Positions 19,569 to 29,546 of a DNA stretch of 64,000 bases are shown in pieces. The notes under the pieces are model-generated. The model saw nothing but the letters and a program-made list of their open reading frames with translations. It did no database searches and was not told the origin of the DNA. A program made the position numbers and the translations under genes. The stretch is from Candidatus Nanohalarchaeota archaeon (GTDB lineage: Archaea; Nanohalarchaeota; Nanosalinia; Nanosalinales; Nanosalinaceae), in contig JALDAJ010000001.1 of NCBI GenBank assembly GCA_022729235.1, positions 1 through 64,000 on the forward strand, written 5' to 3'. Each line of letters starts with the position of its first letter. Positions within the stretch are counted from its first letter, which is position 1.

Positions 19569-20084
19569 ATGAACGCCGGCATCATTATCAAGAACAAAAC
19601 CTCGGAGGACACACAGATAGTGTTTCTCGGGGACGAAGTGTCCTGTCACGCAGTAAGCACCAATGATGAGATAATCGAACTACTGGAGGAAAAAGAACCA
19701 TTAGTGGTAGCGGCAGACGCCGGCACGGAAATAGCCAGAGAAGAATTCAGTAAGAAAGAAGAGGAACTCAGGGAGGAAGGACACGCCTTCACACCGAACT
19801 CACACGAACCCAAGAAGGCGCGGAGACTGGAAGCGCTGAAGGCAAGGCTGTTTGAAGAGATGGGTGCTGAGAGACCAGAAATAATACGGTTCGAACCACA
19901 CATAACCGCAGACGAACTAGCCATCCATGACGATGACGCTTTAAAGTCGTACGGTGTTGACCCGTCCTCTATCGAGACCGCAGAACAGTTCGACGCGATG
20001 CTCGGATCTATCACCGCAAGGTTCTACGAGCAGAACAAAGTCCGTGATCTCGGAGTTATTATCCCTGAGCCACTGGGAGAATGA
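19569..20084 (+). CDS. Divergent DUF429-like (RNase H fold) protein
   Basis: VVAADA, EEELREEG, FEPH and FDAMLGSITA resemble DUF429 motifs. Confidence 0.55.
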   Translation: MNAGIIIKNKTSEDTQIVFLGDEVSCHAVSTNDEIIELLEEKEPLVVAADAGTEIAREEFSKKEEELREEGHAFTPNSHEPKKARRLEALKARLFEEMGAERPEIIRFEPHITADELAIHDDDALKSYGVDPSSIETAEQFDAMLGSITARFYEQNKVRDLGVIIPEPLGE

Positions 20085-20135
20085 GAAAAGCTTAAAAGAG
20101 TTTTACGATGAATTGGTGAATACAGGTTTTAGGCT

Positions 20136-20477
20136 ATGGGAATGGAGAAATTCTACCGCACGGTAAGAAAGACCTTCGGCGTCGAGAAAGAACAGCTCAA
20201 ACAGGAAGTAAAAGAGGAAGCAGTTGAAGAGCTGAGAGACGAACTCGCGGAAGAGATATCCTACATCGAGGCGCAGATGAAGGAGTACGAACAGCTCGTT
20301 GCGGAAATCAACCACCTGCTGTCAACTATGAGAAAGGACCGTATCAAGAAACGTTCATCAGGCGGACAGATCCGTATGGACGAATTCCAGGACGACCTCC
20401 AGCCACTCAAGTCCAAGCTCAAAAAGCTGGAGAAATCGATGGAAGACCGGCTTGAACAGCAGAAGGCTCTTGGATGA
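20136..20477 (+). CDS. Coiled-coil hypothetical protein
   Basis: E/K/L-rich heptads; QIRMDEF motif. Confidence 0.65.
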   Translation: MGMEKFYRTVRKTFGVEKEQLKQEVKEEAVEELRDELAEEISYIEAQMKEYEQLVAEINHLLSTMRKDRIKKRSSGGQIRMDEFQDDLQPLKSKLKKLEKSMEDRLEQQKALG

Positions 20478-20839
20478 TGCAAGAATTAGATACAAGAAAG
20501 GTAGTTGCAGGAACAGTAGGACTATTTCTGTCGTACGCTACATATGAGTGTGCCCGTGAATTCCGGAGAGGTCAGGTAGAGGTTCAAGAGTCAAATCTTG
20601 CTGAAGAAATCTGGGAAATCGAGAATGAAGTTACATGCTATCTTGAAGAAAAAGGATTTAGCACAGGATCTGCTTTGCAATCACTTCCAGAAGTAACTAC
20701 CACCTGTATAAAAGACCGTGGAGAACTATTCTATCAGCTTGGTCGTAATTATGAGTTAGGAAAGAACGCACATATTCCTGGTCAATATATACAAGAACTT
20801 CATAAGCTAGGAGAAAATATAGATGTTGCAACCGACTAG
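20474..20839 (+). CDS. Hypothetical protein with N-terminal hydrophobic segment
   Basis: AT-richer ORF overlapping the preceding stop codon. Confidence 0.5.
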   Translation: MMQELDTRKVVAGTVGLFLSYATYECAREFRRGQVEVQESNLAEEIWEIENEVTCYLEEKGFSTGSALQSLPEVTTTCIKDRGELFYQLGRNYELGKNAHIPGQYIQELHKLGENIDVATD

Positions 20840-21714
20840 ATTATCTTCTCAACAAAACTCTTCTTATCAAACTCTTCTAAATCATCGTATCCCTGACCTG
20901 TGCCGATGAACGCGACCGGTTTTCCGCTTTTCTGCGAGATTGAGATTATCGCGCCACCGTTCTCGTCGACATCCATCTTCGTCACGATTATCGCGTCAAA
21001 CATTCCCTCGTAGGCGTCCGCCTGCTCCAGGACATCGTTTCCGGCGAGCGCGTCGACGACTAGAAACGTGATATCGGGTTCGTTGACCCGCACCATCTTC
21101 TCCAGCTCGTTCATCAGGTTGCGGTCGGCGTGACTTCTACCCGCTGTATCTATCAGCGCGACTTTGTCCTCGTTCTCCGCGTGCTCGACCGCGTCGTAAG
21201 CGACCGCTGCAGGATCTGACTCATATTCATGAGAGATAACCTTGGCGCCGAGGTTGTCACCGTGCTCCTTCAATTGTTCTATAGACGCCGCCCTAAAGGT
21301 GTCGCCAGCTCCCAGGACAACTTCCTGTTCGAGGTAGTCCGCGAGCTTCGCAGCAGTAGTGGTTTTTCCACTTCCGTTGAAGCCGACAAGAAACATCACA
21401 GGAGGTTCTTCTGCATCCTCTAGTTCTTTTTCCAGCGAGAAGCTGTCATCCAGTATATCCATCAAAGTTTTCTTCACTGCCTCGTTTACCCTCTCCCCGG
21501 CACCACCTCTTTTGACCTGTTCACCAAGAAGTTGATCTCTGAGCTCTTCCTCAATCTCCTCCGCAGCTTCAAGAGAGACGTTGTTCTGCAGGAGTTTTAA
21601 CCTGAGATCGCTGAGTAAAGGGTCAATTGTATCCTCATCCAGTTCTTTCTCTGCGACCGCGGATTTAACGTCAGAAGAGAATTCTTTTACCGAATCCTTG
21701 AATTTGTCCAGCAT
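20836..21714 (-). CDS. ftsY: SRP receptor FtsY
   Basis: GFNGSGKTTT, DTFRAAS, DTAGR, TKMD, GTGQGYDDL. Confidence 0.97.
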   Translation of the reverse strand: MLDKFKDSVKEFSSDVKSAVAEKELDEDTIDPLLSDLRLKLLQNNVSLEAAEEIEEELRDQLLGEQVKRGGAGERVNEAVKKTLMDILDDSFSLEKELEDAEEPPVMFLVGFNGSGKTTTAAKLADYLEQEVVLGAGDTFRAASIEQLKEHGDNLGAKVISHEYESDPAAVAYDAVEHAENEDKVALIDTAGRSHADRNLMNELEKMVRVNEPDITFLVVDALAGNDVLEQADAYEGMFDAIIVTKMDVDENGGAIISISQKSGKPVAFIGTGQGYDDLEEFDKKSFVEKII

Positions 21715-21720
21715 CTTCCC

Positions 21721-22146
21721 TTACTGCTGATGTTGTTCTTCCATCTGCATTTTCTGGAGCTGTTGCTGGAGCCGCTGCATCTGCTGTTGAAGCTGTTGTA
21801 GTGTCGAGCCGAGCTCTTCTCGTGTTTCTTCAAGATCGTTTTTTCTTCCTTCAAGCACTTCTTCCGCGCTTTCCAGGTCTCTCTTTTCGAAGTTGTCGCC
21901 GCCGATGTTGGTTATAACCTGGTCGGTCTCTTTGATTTCAGCGATCGCTAGAACGCCTGATCCTAGTCGGGCGAGTATCGGGCTTCCTTCTTCTACGCCT
22001 TCTAGGCTCTGTACAGCATCGATAGTCTCATCAATCTCCTCCGCGTTCTGTTCGACCTGTTCCAGGAACTCCTGTACCTGTTCCATCTGCTGCTGGATCT
22101 GCTGGTACTCCTGCATCATCTGCTGAGGATCCTGTTGCTCGGACAT
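21721..22146 (-). CDS. pfdA: Prefoldin subunit alpha
   Basis: Coiled coils flanking ILARLGSGV...VITNIGGD; lies between rplX and ftsY. Confidence 0.9.
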   Translation of the reverse strand: MSEQQDPQQMMQEYQQIQQQMEQVQEFLEQVEQNAEEIDETIDAVQSLEGVEEGSPILARLGSGVLAIAEIKETDQVITNIGGDNFEKRDLESAEEVLEGRKNDLEETREELGSTLQQLQQQMQRLQQQLQKMQMEEQHQQ

Positions 22147-22150
22147 ATAC

Positions 22151-22327
22151 CTAGACTTCCTCCTCGTCTTCGATGGTAATTTTGCTTCTCGCAACAGAGT
22201 GCTCGCTGCCGAGCTCTGACTTGAGAATGTCGCGGGCGTGGTTGAGCGATTCAGCCTCTACTTCTCTCTCGAAAGGATTTTCACTTCGTCCCTGCTCGAT
22301 TTTACCTGAGAAATTGTACGTTGGCAT
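22151..22327 (-). CDS. rplX: 50S ribosomal protein LX (L18Ae/eL20), not in ORF track
   Basis: MPTYNFSGKI...PFEREVEAESLNHARD...LGSEHSVARSKITI (58 aa); expected synteny. Confidence 0.9.
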   Translation of the reverse strand: MPTYNFSGKIEQGRSENPFEREVEAESLNHARDILKSELGSEHSVARSKITIEDEEEV

Positions 22328-22495
22328 AACCTAAGCGAGGAGTACGAACTTTTTAAACCCTGCTGCAAAGTGGCAAATGGTATACAAAAAACCATGACAG
22401 AAGTAGAGGGTTGGAGAAGAGAAAGTGAAAATGAGGAAGAATATTCAAACAAGAGACCCTGAAACTAGAGAAACAGAATAGCTTGGTTTAGAAAA

Positions 22496-22867
22496 TCAGA
22501 GAGGTTCCACGATGATTTCATCAGCTGATAGTTTCGGAATCTTGCTGTTTCCTTCTCCTTTTTCATAGCCTATGACAGAATGTTTCCAGAGAAGGTCTAG
22601 GTCGTTTGACACGTTTTTTATATCACGGTCGAGTTTCCGCGCCAGGTCCCGCTTCGAACTTACTTCTTCCTCCCTCAAGGTCTCTATAATCCTCATTCTC
22701 TCCTCTGTAAGAACTTCTCTCGCTACTTCTTTCGGCAGGATGTATACACTTTCTTCGTCACTCTCTTCGATTACTCGTTTGATCAGTCCCATCCTGTCTT
22801 CATCCAGCAGGTCCTGGAACTCTTCCTCTCGCGATACTTCACGCTCTACGGTGGAGGTCATTTTCAA
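22496..22867 (-). CDS. HVO_A0114-like HTH protein (putative antitoxin)
   Basis: VLTEERMRIIETL...SKRDLARKLDRDIKNVSNDLDLL...KIPKL. Confidence 0.8.
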   Translation of the reverse strand: MKMTSTVEREVSREEEFQDLLDEDRMGLIKRVIEESDEESVYILPKEVAREVLTEERMRIIETLREEEVSSKRDLARKLDRDIKNVSNDLDLLWKHSVIGYEKGEGNSKIPKLSADEIIVEPL

Positions 22868-22955
22868 TCCCCTGTCAGTTTGTTGTTTGCAAGAACTTAT
22901 AAGCGATGTGGTGGTACACCAACGCTTTTATTCTGGATTGAAAAATCACTGAGTT

Positions 22956-23285
22956 ATGGAAGGTACTGAAATCACGATACCGGTAGGTAAGTGGAGAGGT
23001 AGGACATACAACATGACCGTCCGTCCCGACTACACTAACTTGGAAGATACTGAAAACATAGGAGAGAAGCTCCACGTAAGTATTAACGTCTACTACCGCG
23101 AAAAAGGAGAGAAACACGAGATAGTGCGGATAGATAATAGCCACAGTTACATGCATATTCACCGCCTGTACTCCGCTCAAGAGGAAGACGTAGAAGAAAT
23201 ACAGATGACTTACTGGGAAGCGATGAAGTACATACAGCAGAACTTGGAGAGATTCGCCCGGCTATACGAAGAGAATCATGTATAG
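22956..23285 (+). CDS. Putative TumE/DUF6516-like toxin
   Basis: EIVRIDNSH..MHIHR motif; neighbours the HVO_A0114-like gene. Confidence 0.6.
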   Translation: MEGTEITIPVGKWRGRTYNMTVRPDYTNLEDTENIGEKLHVSINVYYREKGEKHEIVRIDNSHSYMHIHRLYSAQEEDVEEIQMTYWEAMKYIQQNLERFARLYEENHV

Positions 23286-23288
23286 TTA

Positions 23289-23936
23289 TCAGTCCTCTCT
23301 ATGCATCGTTCTGTCGATACGCCCTATCTCCGGACCTGTAGTGTCTTCTCCTAAAAGGAGGTTTTCATCGTTTCCGATAAGTCCGGAGCCGATGTATGGA
23401 GAGCCCAGGTTGACTGTTCCGATATCCACATCCTCAACCTTCAGCGCGTCCCGGATTTTCTCTGCCTCTTCCTCGGTCGCCTCACGATGTAGCAGTACAC
23501 CGTGTGCGTTGGCAGCTCCGCATACGCCCGGGTTTGGGAGTCCAGCGACTTTCCCGATTTCTACCGGTACTTCGAGAGCGTCTTCTATCTCTTCCTTATG
23601 CTCCGACAGTTTATCACTGATAACCGCTCCTTTGTCGTTCGCAAGTATCATGTTGCCGAGCGCGTTCTCCCGGGATTCAAGTACGTGAAAGTTGACCTGT
23701 GAGTCCTCCAGTTTGCTTATTTCGCGGTCTGTTACTGTGTCCGGCACGAGGATGCAGTTGGAGTTACCCGCGGTAAAAAGCCCAACAAGCCTTGTACGTG
23801 CGATATGTGTCTCAGCGTAGTCAGCGTCAAAGAAGTCTTTGCGCTTGAAGTCCGGCGGGTAAATCGCCTGTGAAGGTGTTATAGTGGCGTAGAAACCGAT
23901 ATTCGGTTCTCCGCGATAGTTATATCTCTCGATCAT
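23289..23936 (-). CDS. eif6: Translation initiation factor aIF-6
   Basis: NIGFY, AGNSN, ALGNMILANDKGA, GTVNLGSPYIGSG, TTGPE. Confidence 0.97.
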   Translation of the reverse strand: MIERYNYRGEPNIGFYATITPSQAIYPPDFKRKDFFDADYAETHIARTRLVGLFTAGNSNCILVPDTVTDREISKLEDSQVNFHVLESRENALGNMILANDKGAVISDKLSEHKEEIEDALEVPVEIGKVAGLPNPGVCGAANAHGVLLHREATEEEAEKIRDALKVEDVDIGTVNLGSPYIGSGLIGNDENLLLGEDTTGPEIGRIDRTMHRED

Positions 23937-23945
23937 CAGAAATCC

Positions 23946-24455
23946 TCAGCCCTGGGACTCTATCCATTCTTTCAGGGTCTTGCGGTCCTTATTATCCTCT
24001 TCAGCTTCCAGTGCCTTATCCCAGTCAACATCATCCATCTCCTGCAGCTGTTCTTTTGCCTCACCTACAGTCCCGGAGACGATTTCTTCGTAGTCGATGC
24101 TTTCTGTGGAAGCGCCGTCATCCCCGGTATCTTGCTCTTCTGCTTCCTCCTCTTCGAGCTGTTCTTCTTCAGGTTCTGGTTCCTCTTCGATTTCTTCTGG
24201 TTCAGGTTCTTCGACTTCTGCACCCGGAAGTACGGCTCTCAGTCCGTCGGCGGTTTCGACTACTTCCACCTCAAGCTTTGCAGGCGGTCGCTCGATACCG
24301 CTCTCCCATATCTTGCTGTTTACTTCTGGGGATACAGAGACTTCTTCTCCCTCTCTCTCCTCAAGTTTTTCGCGTAGAATTTTCATAGCCTTCGAGGCTC
24401 GCTTTCTTCTTGAGAATGCGCGTGCGCGCGAAAGGTTGACTGTGTATCTGGGCAT
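23946..24455 (-). CDS. rpl31e: 50S ribosomal protein L31e with C-terminal extension
   Basis: YTVNL...KRASKAMK...VNSKIWESGIERPP; plus an acidic linker and an extra helical domain. Confidence 0.9.
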   Translation of the reverse strand: MPRYTVNLSRARAFSRRKRASKAMKILREKLEEREGEEVSVSPEVNSKIWESGIERPPAKLEVEVVETADGLRAVLPGAEVEEPEPEEIEEEPEPEEEQLEEEEAEEQDTGDDGASTESIDYEEIVSGTVGEAKEQLQEMDDVDWDKALEAEEDNKDRKTLKEWIESQG

Positions 24456-24473
24456 TATGCTGTACCTCTAGAA

Positions 24474-24647
24474 TTATTCGTCCAGATCGTCCCGTCTCCA
24501 GTGACGGTCCTTGCGAGGTTTGATAGTCTTGTGTCTTGCCTTGTCCAGACCGAACGCCTTGAGTGAAACCCATCTAGGGGCTGACCTGGCTGTCTTCGAG
24601 GCTTTTGCCAGCCTCTTCTTCTTACCCTTGGACTTATTCGAGCTCAT
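24474..24647 (-). CDS. rpl39e: 50S ribosomal protein L39e, not in ORF track
   Basis: MSSNKSKGKKKRLAKA...APRWVSLK...RHWRR (57 aa). Confidence 0.93.
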   Translation of the reverse strand: MSSNKSKGKKKRLAKASKTARSAPRWVSLKAFGLDKARHKTIKPRKDRHWRRDDLDE

Positions 24648-24657
24648 GTTTGAATTT

Positions 24658-24978
24658 TCACCTCCTGAATTTTATATCAGTGTCCTCTCCTGAGTTCTGT
24701 ATCTCCTTAAGTATCTTTTTTAACTGGTCGTCATCGATTTTATCGACCTGGCCCATCCTCCCGAGCTGTGCTATCTGGGCTTCGACGGCAGAAGCAAGCT
24801 CTGGTTTCGCCATCCTTACGCTCCCCAGTCTTTCCCTCGCATCCTTTGTGAGGTACTTTGCTGCCAGACTCTTTATCTGGTCACGCTGCCGGTCTACTGC
24901 TTTCTCACCGGACTCTTCATCCTGTAGCTCCTGCCTCCTTTGCTCTCTCAGTTTTTCAAGTTCTTCGTCGTCGACCAT
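24658..24978 (-). CDS. PDCD5/TFAR19-like DNA-binding protein
   Basis: ELEKLREQR, LTKDARERL, KPELA, IKFRR; conserved after rps19e. Confidence 0.92.
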   Translation of the reverse strand: MVDDEELEKLREQRRQELQDEESGEKAVDRQRDQIKSLAAKYLTKDARERLGSVRMAKPELASAVEAQIAQLGRMGQVDKIDDDQLKKILKEIQNSGEDTDIKFRR

Positions 24979-24995
24979 CGATACAGCGTCAAAAT

Positions 24996-25406
24996 TTACG
25001 CGGTAAGTTCAGAGGATTTTTCGTCAAGAAAGCTCTTACCCTCGTCAGTTATGACGCGACCTTCCCCTTCTTCCTCTTCAATGTATCCGGCTTCCTCCAG
25101 GTTCTGGAGCGCAGTCCTGATAACCTTGCCCGAGGCTTTCCTGTGATGCTCAGGTCCGTGACCTTCGTTCTTCCTCCCACCGTAGATAGTGCGTAAACGG
25201 GAAACTCCCAGCGGTCCGTCGAGGTAGATCTTTCTCAGGATTGCTGCCGCGCGGATATGATACCAGTTCTCCTGTTCAGGCGTCCTTTCCTTGTGGACAC
25301 CCGTCTTTGCGAAGTCAGTCCATTCCGGCGCGTCAAATTTATCTTCGAGTTCTTCCGCTACCTCCATGATGAGAGGCTCGGCTTTTACATCGTATACTGT
25401 TGCCAT
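24996..25406 (-). CDS. rps19e: 30S ribosomal protein S19e
   Basis: PEWTDFAKTG, WYHIRAAAILRK, GVSRLRTIYGG. Confidence 0.97.
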   Translation of the reverse strand: MATVYDVKAEPLIMEVAEELEDKFDAPEWTDFAKTGVHKERTPEQENWYHIRAAAILRKIYLDGPLGVSRLRTIYGGRKNEGHGPEHHRKASGKVIRTALQNLEEAGYIEEEEGEGRVITDEGKSFLDEKSSELTA

Positions 25407-25508
25407 ACTTCCCACTCGGAATCAAAATCTTTTAAATGGAAAACCTCTTTTTCCAGTCTTATAGATAATAGTAAGATTCTTAACTGTTAATTACTAATTT
25501 TTCTTACT

Positions 25509-25757
25509 ATGGGAGTTTCCAAGATTACACGTAATTTCCAGGTTACAATACCTAAAGACATCAGAGAATTGAAGGATTTAAACGAAGGAGATGAATTAAT
25601 CTTTATGATAGAAGAAGGAGAAGTTAAACTGGTTAAAAGGGATGAGGACATACTTGAAAAGGCAAAAGGCGTCTGGGATATTGAAGAAGACAGCCTGGAG
25701 TTTGAAAGAGGACTTAGAGAGGAATCGGAAGAAAGAAGAACGAGGGAGCTTGAATGA
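25509..25757 (+). CDS. AbrB/MazE family antitoxin
   Basis: SKITRNFQVTIPKDIRE...EGDEL. Confidence 0.9.
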   Translation: MGVSKITRNFQVTIPKDIRELKDLNEGDELIFMIEEGEVKLVKRDEDILEKAKGVWDIEEDSLEFERGLREESEERRTRELE

Positions 25758-26128
25758 AAGTTCTGGACACCAACATATTCATCGACTACCTGCGAGGTTA
25801 CCAACACGGAGTGAACTACCTTAAATCTCTGGAGGATGAAGAAATAGGATTTTCAGCCATTACTGAGACAGAACTCGTTTCAGGCGAGGAATGCAGGAAA
25901 AAAGAGACTAGAAAAACACTACTGAGGTTTTTACAAAACTGGCAGAAACTGGAAGTGAACAACCCGGTAGCCAGAAAAGCAGGGGATATCAGAAGAAACA
26001 ATCAAATCACTATAAACGACGCTATAATAGCCGCGACAGCTCTCAACAGAGATGCCAAACTTGTTACAAGAAATGTTAAAGACTTTGGAACAGTTGAAGA
26101 ACTAGAAGTAGAAAAGCCGTATGAGTAG
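25754..26128 (+). CDS. vapC: VapC family PIN toxin
   Basis: VLDTNIFID, TETEL, DAIIAATA, LVTRNVKDF. Confidence 0.93.
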   Translation: MKVLDTNIFIDYLRGYQHGVNYLKSLEDEEIGFSAITETELVSGEECRKKETRKTLLRFLQNWQKLEVNNPVARKAGDIRRNNQITINDAIIAATALNRDAKLVTRNVKDFGTVEELEVEKPYE

Positions 26129-26186
26129 ATCAGCTTGGCAAGAGAATCAGCAGTTCCCGGAACTTGAACCGCGAAAAGAGAAGAAG

Positions 26187-28109
26187 TTAACCGAGGAAGT
26201 CCGGCTCTAGCCTCTTCTCCGCGACTTCTTCTTTGAGATGCTCGCGGAACTCTTCGACCGTGAATCCGCGGTCCTCGTTCTCTTCTCTATCACGGACTGA
26301 TATCGTTCCCTCGCTTGCCTCATCGTCGCCGACGATAATCATGTAAGGTACACGGTCGTCGTGCGCCGCCTGTATCTTCTTCCCGACCGTCCAGCTTCTG
26401 TCCTCTATCTCCACTCGGAAGTTGCCGAGCTCTTCCTTTAGCTCGCGGGCGTAGTCGAGGTTTTCGTCGCTGACCGGGAGGATACGTACCTGTTCCGGCG
26501 CTAACCAGAGAGGGAAGTTGCCAGCAAAGTGCTCTATCATGACACCCATAAACCGCTCGATAGAGCCGAGAATCGCCCGGTGAATCATGACAGGGTAGTG
26601 CTCCCTGTTATCCTTCCCGACGTATTTGAGACCATAATTTCTCGGGATAACGAAGTCAAGCTGCACTGTTCCCAGCTGCCATTCTCTACCGATAGCATCC
26701 TCCACTTCTACGCCGATCTTCGGCCCGTAGAACGCCCCTTCTTCCGGCTTGACTTCATATACGTCCACCGTCTCATCCAGCGCGTTTTTGAGCGCGTTCT
26801 CAGCTTCTTCCCAGAGCTCATCCGGTCCCTGGGCTTTTTCCGGCTTCGTTTCGAGGATAAAGTTGACCTCGAACCCGAAGTCCTCGTACATCTCGATGAT
26901 TATTTCCAGGTGTTTCCTGACCTCTTCCCCTATCTGGTCCTTCCGTATATACGCGTGACCGTCGTCTTGCGTCATAGTCCTTACGCGGAGGAGTCCTGAT
27001 AGTTCACCTGACTGCTCGTTGCGGTTGACCGTGCCGAACTCGGAGAGCTTGATGGGTAGTTCGCGGTAGCTGCGCTTGTCGGAGTGGAATATATGGGAGT
27101 GGTTGGCGCAGTTCATCGGCTTCAATCCGTATTCAGTATCGTCCTGTTCCCAGGCAAACATCTCACCGTCTTCCTTGAACGCCTCGTAGTGACCTGTCTT
27201 CTTCCACAGCTCTGCCTTGTTGAGTTCAGGTGTCCATACCTCTTCGTAGCCAAGTTCCTCATTCTTCCCGCGGATATATTCTTCCAGTTCTCTCCTGATC
27301 ACCATGCCTGCTCTATGGTAATGCGGTCCTCCTGGTGCGAAGTCAGGTATCGAGAATAGATTCATCTCTTCACCGATTCTTCGGTGGTCACGTTTCTCCG
27401 CCTCCCTCCGCTGCTCAAGGAACTCTTCAAGTTCTTCTTCAGTTGGGAATGCGGTTCCGTAGACGCGTGTAAGCATCTCGTTTTCCTCATCGCCGCGCCA
27501 GTACGCTCCCGCGATTTCCAGAAGCTTGAAGCCTCCAATTTCTCCGGTAGACTCAACGTGAGGCCCTTTACATAAATCGCGGAATTCGCCCTGTTCATAG
27601 AAGCTGATCTTATCTCCCCCTGCAGCTTCCTGGTCGAGGATTTCCTGTTTGAACCTATTGTCTTCGTAGAATTCTTCTGCATCCTCTCTTGAGACTTCCT
27701 TCCTCTCGATGTCAAGATCTTCCTCAATGATGTTGTGCGCCTCTTCTTCTATCTCTTCCAGGTCTTCCTGGTCGAGTTCCACATTCGCGATGTCGTAGTA
27801 GAAACCTTCCGATGTCCACGGACCGATCGTCAGCTTGGCGTCCGGGAACTTTCTCTTAAGCGCCTGCGCGAAGACGTGCGCCGCGGAGTGTCTTAGAACC
27901 TCCAAGTATTCCTCACTCTGGTCAGTAACTATGACAAGCTGGTCGTCCTGGCTCAGAACGTGCTCCTTCGCCACTAAATCTCCGTTGACCACGCCAGCTA
28001 CAGTGTCGTTTCCGAGTCCTTCACCTATCTCGTATGCTGCGTCTTCCACCGTCGCGTTTTCCCCTACTTCCAGTTTCGAGCCGTCAGGCAGTTCTACTTG
28101 AATACTCAT
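26187..28109 (-). CDS. thrS: Threonine--tRNA ligase (bacterial-type, with TGS and editing domains)
   Basis: [44 protein letters not shown]. Confidence 0.98.
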   Translation of the reverse strand: MSIQVELPDGSKLEVGENATVEDAAYEIGEGLGNDTVAGVVNGDLVAKEHVLSQDDQLVIVTDQSEEYLEVLRHSAAHVFAQALKRKFPDAKLTIGPWTSEGFYYDIANVELDQEDLEEIEEEAHNIIEEDLDIERKEVSREDAEEFYEDNRFKQEILDQEAAGGDKISFYEQGEFRDLCKGPHVESTGEIGGFKLLEIAGAYWRGDEENEMLTRVYGTAFPTEEELEEFLEQRREAEKRDHRRIGEEMNLFSIPDFAPGGPHYHRAGMVIRRELEEYIRGKNEELGYEEVWTPELNKAELWKKTGHYEAFKEDGEMFAWEQDDTEYGLKPMNCANHSHIFHSDKRSYRELPIKLSEFGTVNRNEQSGELSGLLRVRTMTQDDGHAYIRKDQIGEEVRKHLEIIIEMYEDFGFEVNFILETKPEKAQGPDELWEEAENALKNALDETVDVYEVKPEEGAFYGPKIGVEVEDAIGREWQLGTVQLDFVIPRNYGLKYVGKDNREHYPVMIHRAILGSIERFMGVMIEHFAGNFPLWLAPEQVRILPVSDENLDYARELKEELGNFRVEIEDRSWTVGKKIQAAHDDRVPYMIIVGDDEASEGTISVRDREENEDRGFTVEEFREHLKEEVAEKRLEPDFLG

Positions 28110-28293
28110 GGAGAACCAAGCGAGGAGAACAGTTTAATGGATTTTGGAATACAGCCGGAACTAGATCTGGAGAAGTTATTCAAGATATACCAGGGTAAAG
28201 CATCCACCTTTCATTGGAGACACGGGCAAAAGTTGTTTACAACCTTTAAAACGGGTTCGGAAAGGGAAAAAAGAAAGAGAAATGAGGGAGTAT

Positions 28294-28896
28294 TTACACC
28301 ATAGCCGCCATCACACCAGCGCCTACTGCCATCACCATCAATGTAATAGCTAGCGCGAAGAGGACAACGTAAGGTAGTGCGATAGATGCCAGTGCTCTCC
28401 CTGTTGAGAGACCCTGGTATGATTCAAGTCCTCTCACCTGGATGTAAATCCCGTAGAACAATAGAGCTAGGTTCACGAGACCTCCAAGTAGAGGTATGAA
28501 AGCCACCAGAGATGTAACTACAGAGAGCGCTGTTACGTACTCAAATACAGACAGTGTCTGTCCGTAGCTGTTCTCTCCTCCAAGCAGGTGTACGAAGAGG
28601 TGAACTATCGCTGCCCCGAGGAAAAGACCTATAACACCGACTATAAAGGTGTATGCTACAGTACCTAGAGCCATAGCTGCTACACCTCCTGCCGGAAAAG
28701 CACCGCCCATTAAGTCCGCCGCAGTTCCAAAGACTCCAGCCCTGACACCGTTGATAACCGCTGCCAATCCTAGAGAAATAAGTGCGAACTTAAGCGGGTA
28801 ACCGAACCCGTCGTTTCTGCCTTCCTCCTGGAAGAACTCCGTAGGTCCGGTTAAAACTCCCTTAAATGTCTCGAGCCAATTCTCGAATAGACTCAT
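28294..28896 (-). CDS. YIP1 family membrane protein
   Basis: VLTGPTEFF start, five TM helices, GLSTGRA motif. Confidence 0.8.
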   Translation of the reverse strand: MSLFENWLETFKGVLTGPTEFFQEEGRNDGFGYPLKFALISLGLAAVINGVRAGVFGTAADLMGGAFPAGGVAAMALGTVAYTFIVGVIGLFLGAAIVHLFVHLLGGENSYGQTLSVFEYVTALSVVTSLVAFIPLLGGLVNLALLFYGIYIQVRGLESYQGLSTGRALASIALPYVVLFALAITLMVMAVGAGVMAAMV

Positions 28897-28980
28897 ATCA
28901 AGTATATTTTCGGCAATATAACTATTAAAACTAATACTGGCTTGATCAGGCTATTTAACAGTTCCAAATAATCCTAAAAC

Positions 28981-29496
28981 ATGATCAAAGTTCTACGACT
29001 AGGCCATAGAGCCGGCAGAGACGACCGGATATCCACCCACGTCGGACTGACCGCAAGGCAGTGGGGTGCCGAAGAGATCGTCTACTCCGGCGAGAGAGAC
29101 ACCAGCATGATGGAGTCCCTAGAGGACATAATCGACCGCTGGGGCGGAGACTTTACGGTAAACTACAGAGAGGACTGGAGACCTGTTATCCGAGACTTCG
29201 ATGGCGTTACTGTTCATTTGACCATGTACGGCGAGCGAATAGACGAAAAACAGGAGGAAATCGAAAAAGCGGTTGAAGGTGAAAACCTGCTGGTAGTTGT
29301 CGGCGCAGAGAAAGTCCCGCGGTGGGTCTACCATAATGTCGACTACAACATATCAGTGGGGACTCAGCCCCATTCAGAGATCGCGGCGCTCGCAGTCTTT
29401 TTAGACCGCGTGAGCGAAATCAAGTCAGAGTTTGAGGACGCGGATATAGAGGTCGTTCCGAGTGAGGATGAGAAATTAACCGAGGAGAAGAACTGA
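28981..29496 (+). CDS. trm56: tRNA (cytidine(56)-2'-O)-methyltransferase
   Basis: LRLGHR..RDDRISTHV, HLTMYG, VGAEKVP, QPHSEIAALAVFLD. Confidence 0.96.
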   Translation: MIKVLRLGHRAGRDDRISTHVGLTARQWGAEEIVYSGERDTSMMESLEDIIDRWGGDFTVNYREDWRPVIRDFDGVTVHLTMYGERIDEKQEEIEKAVEGENLLVVVGAEKVPRWVYHNVDYNISVGTQPHSEIAALAVFLDRVSEIKSEFEDADIEVVPSEDEKLTEEKN

Positions 29497-29546
29497 TATC
29501 TCCAAACCTACACCTTAATATATGTTTTTGATTACATATATTCCCT

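Noticed and set aside
22394-22462. Short ORF MTEVEGWRRESENEEEYSNKRP
   Set aside because: Only 22 aa with no recognisable motif; possibly a gene relic but unsupported.
26187-28109. Bacterial-type ThrRS as a novelty
   Set aside because: Bacterial-type ThrRS is already known in halophilic archaea.
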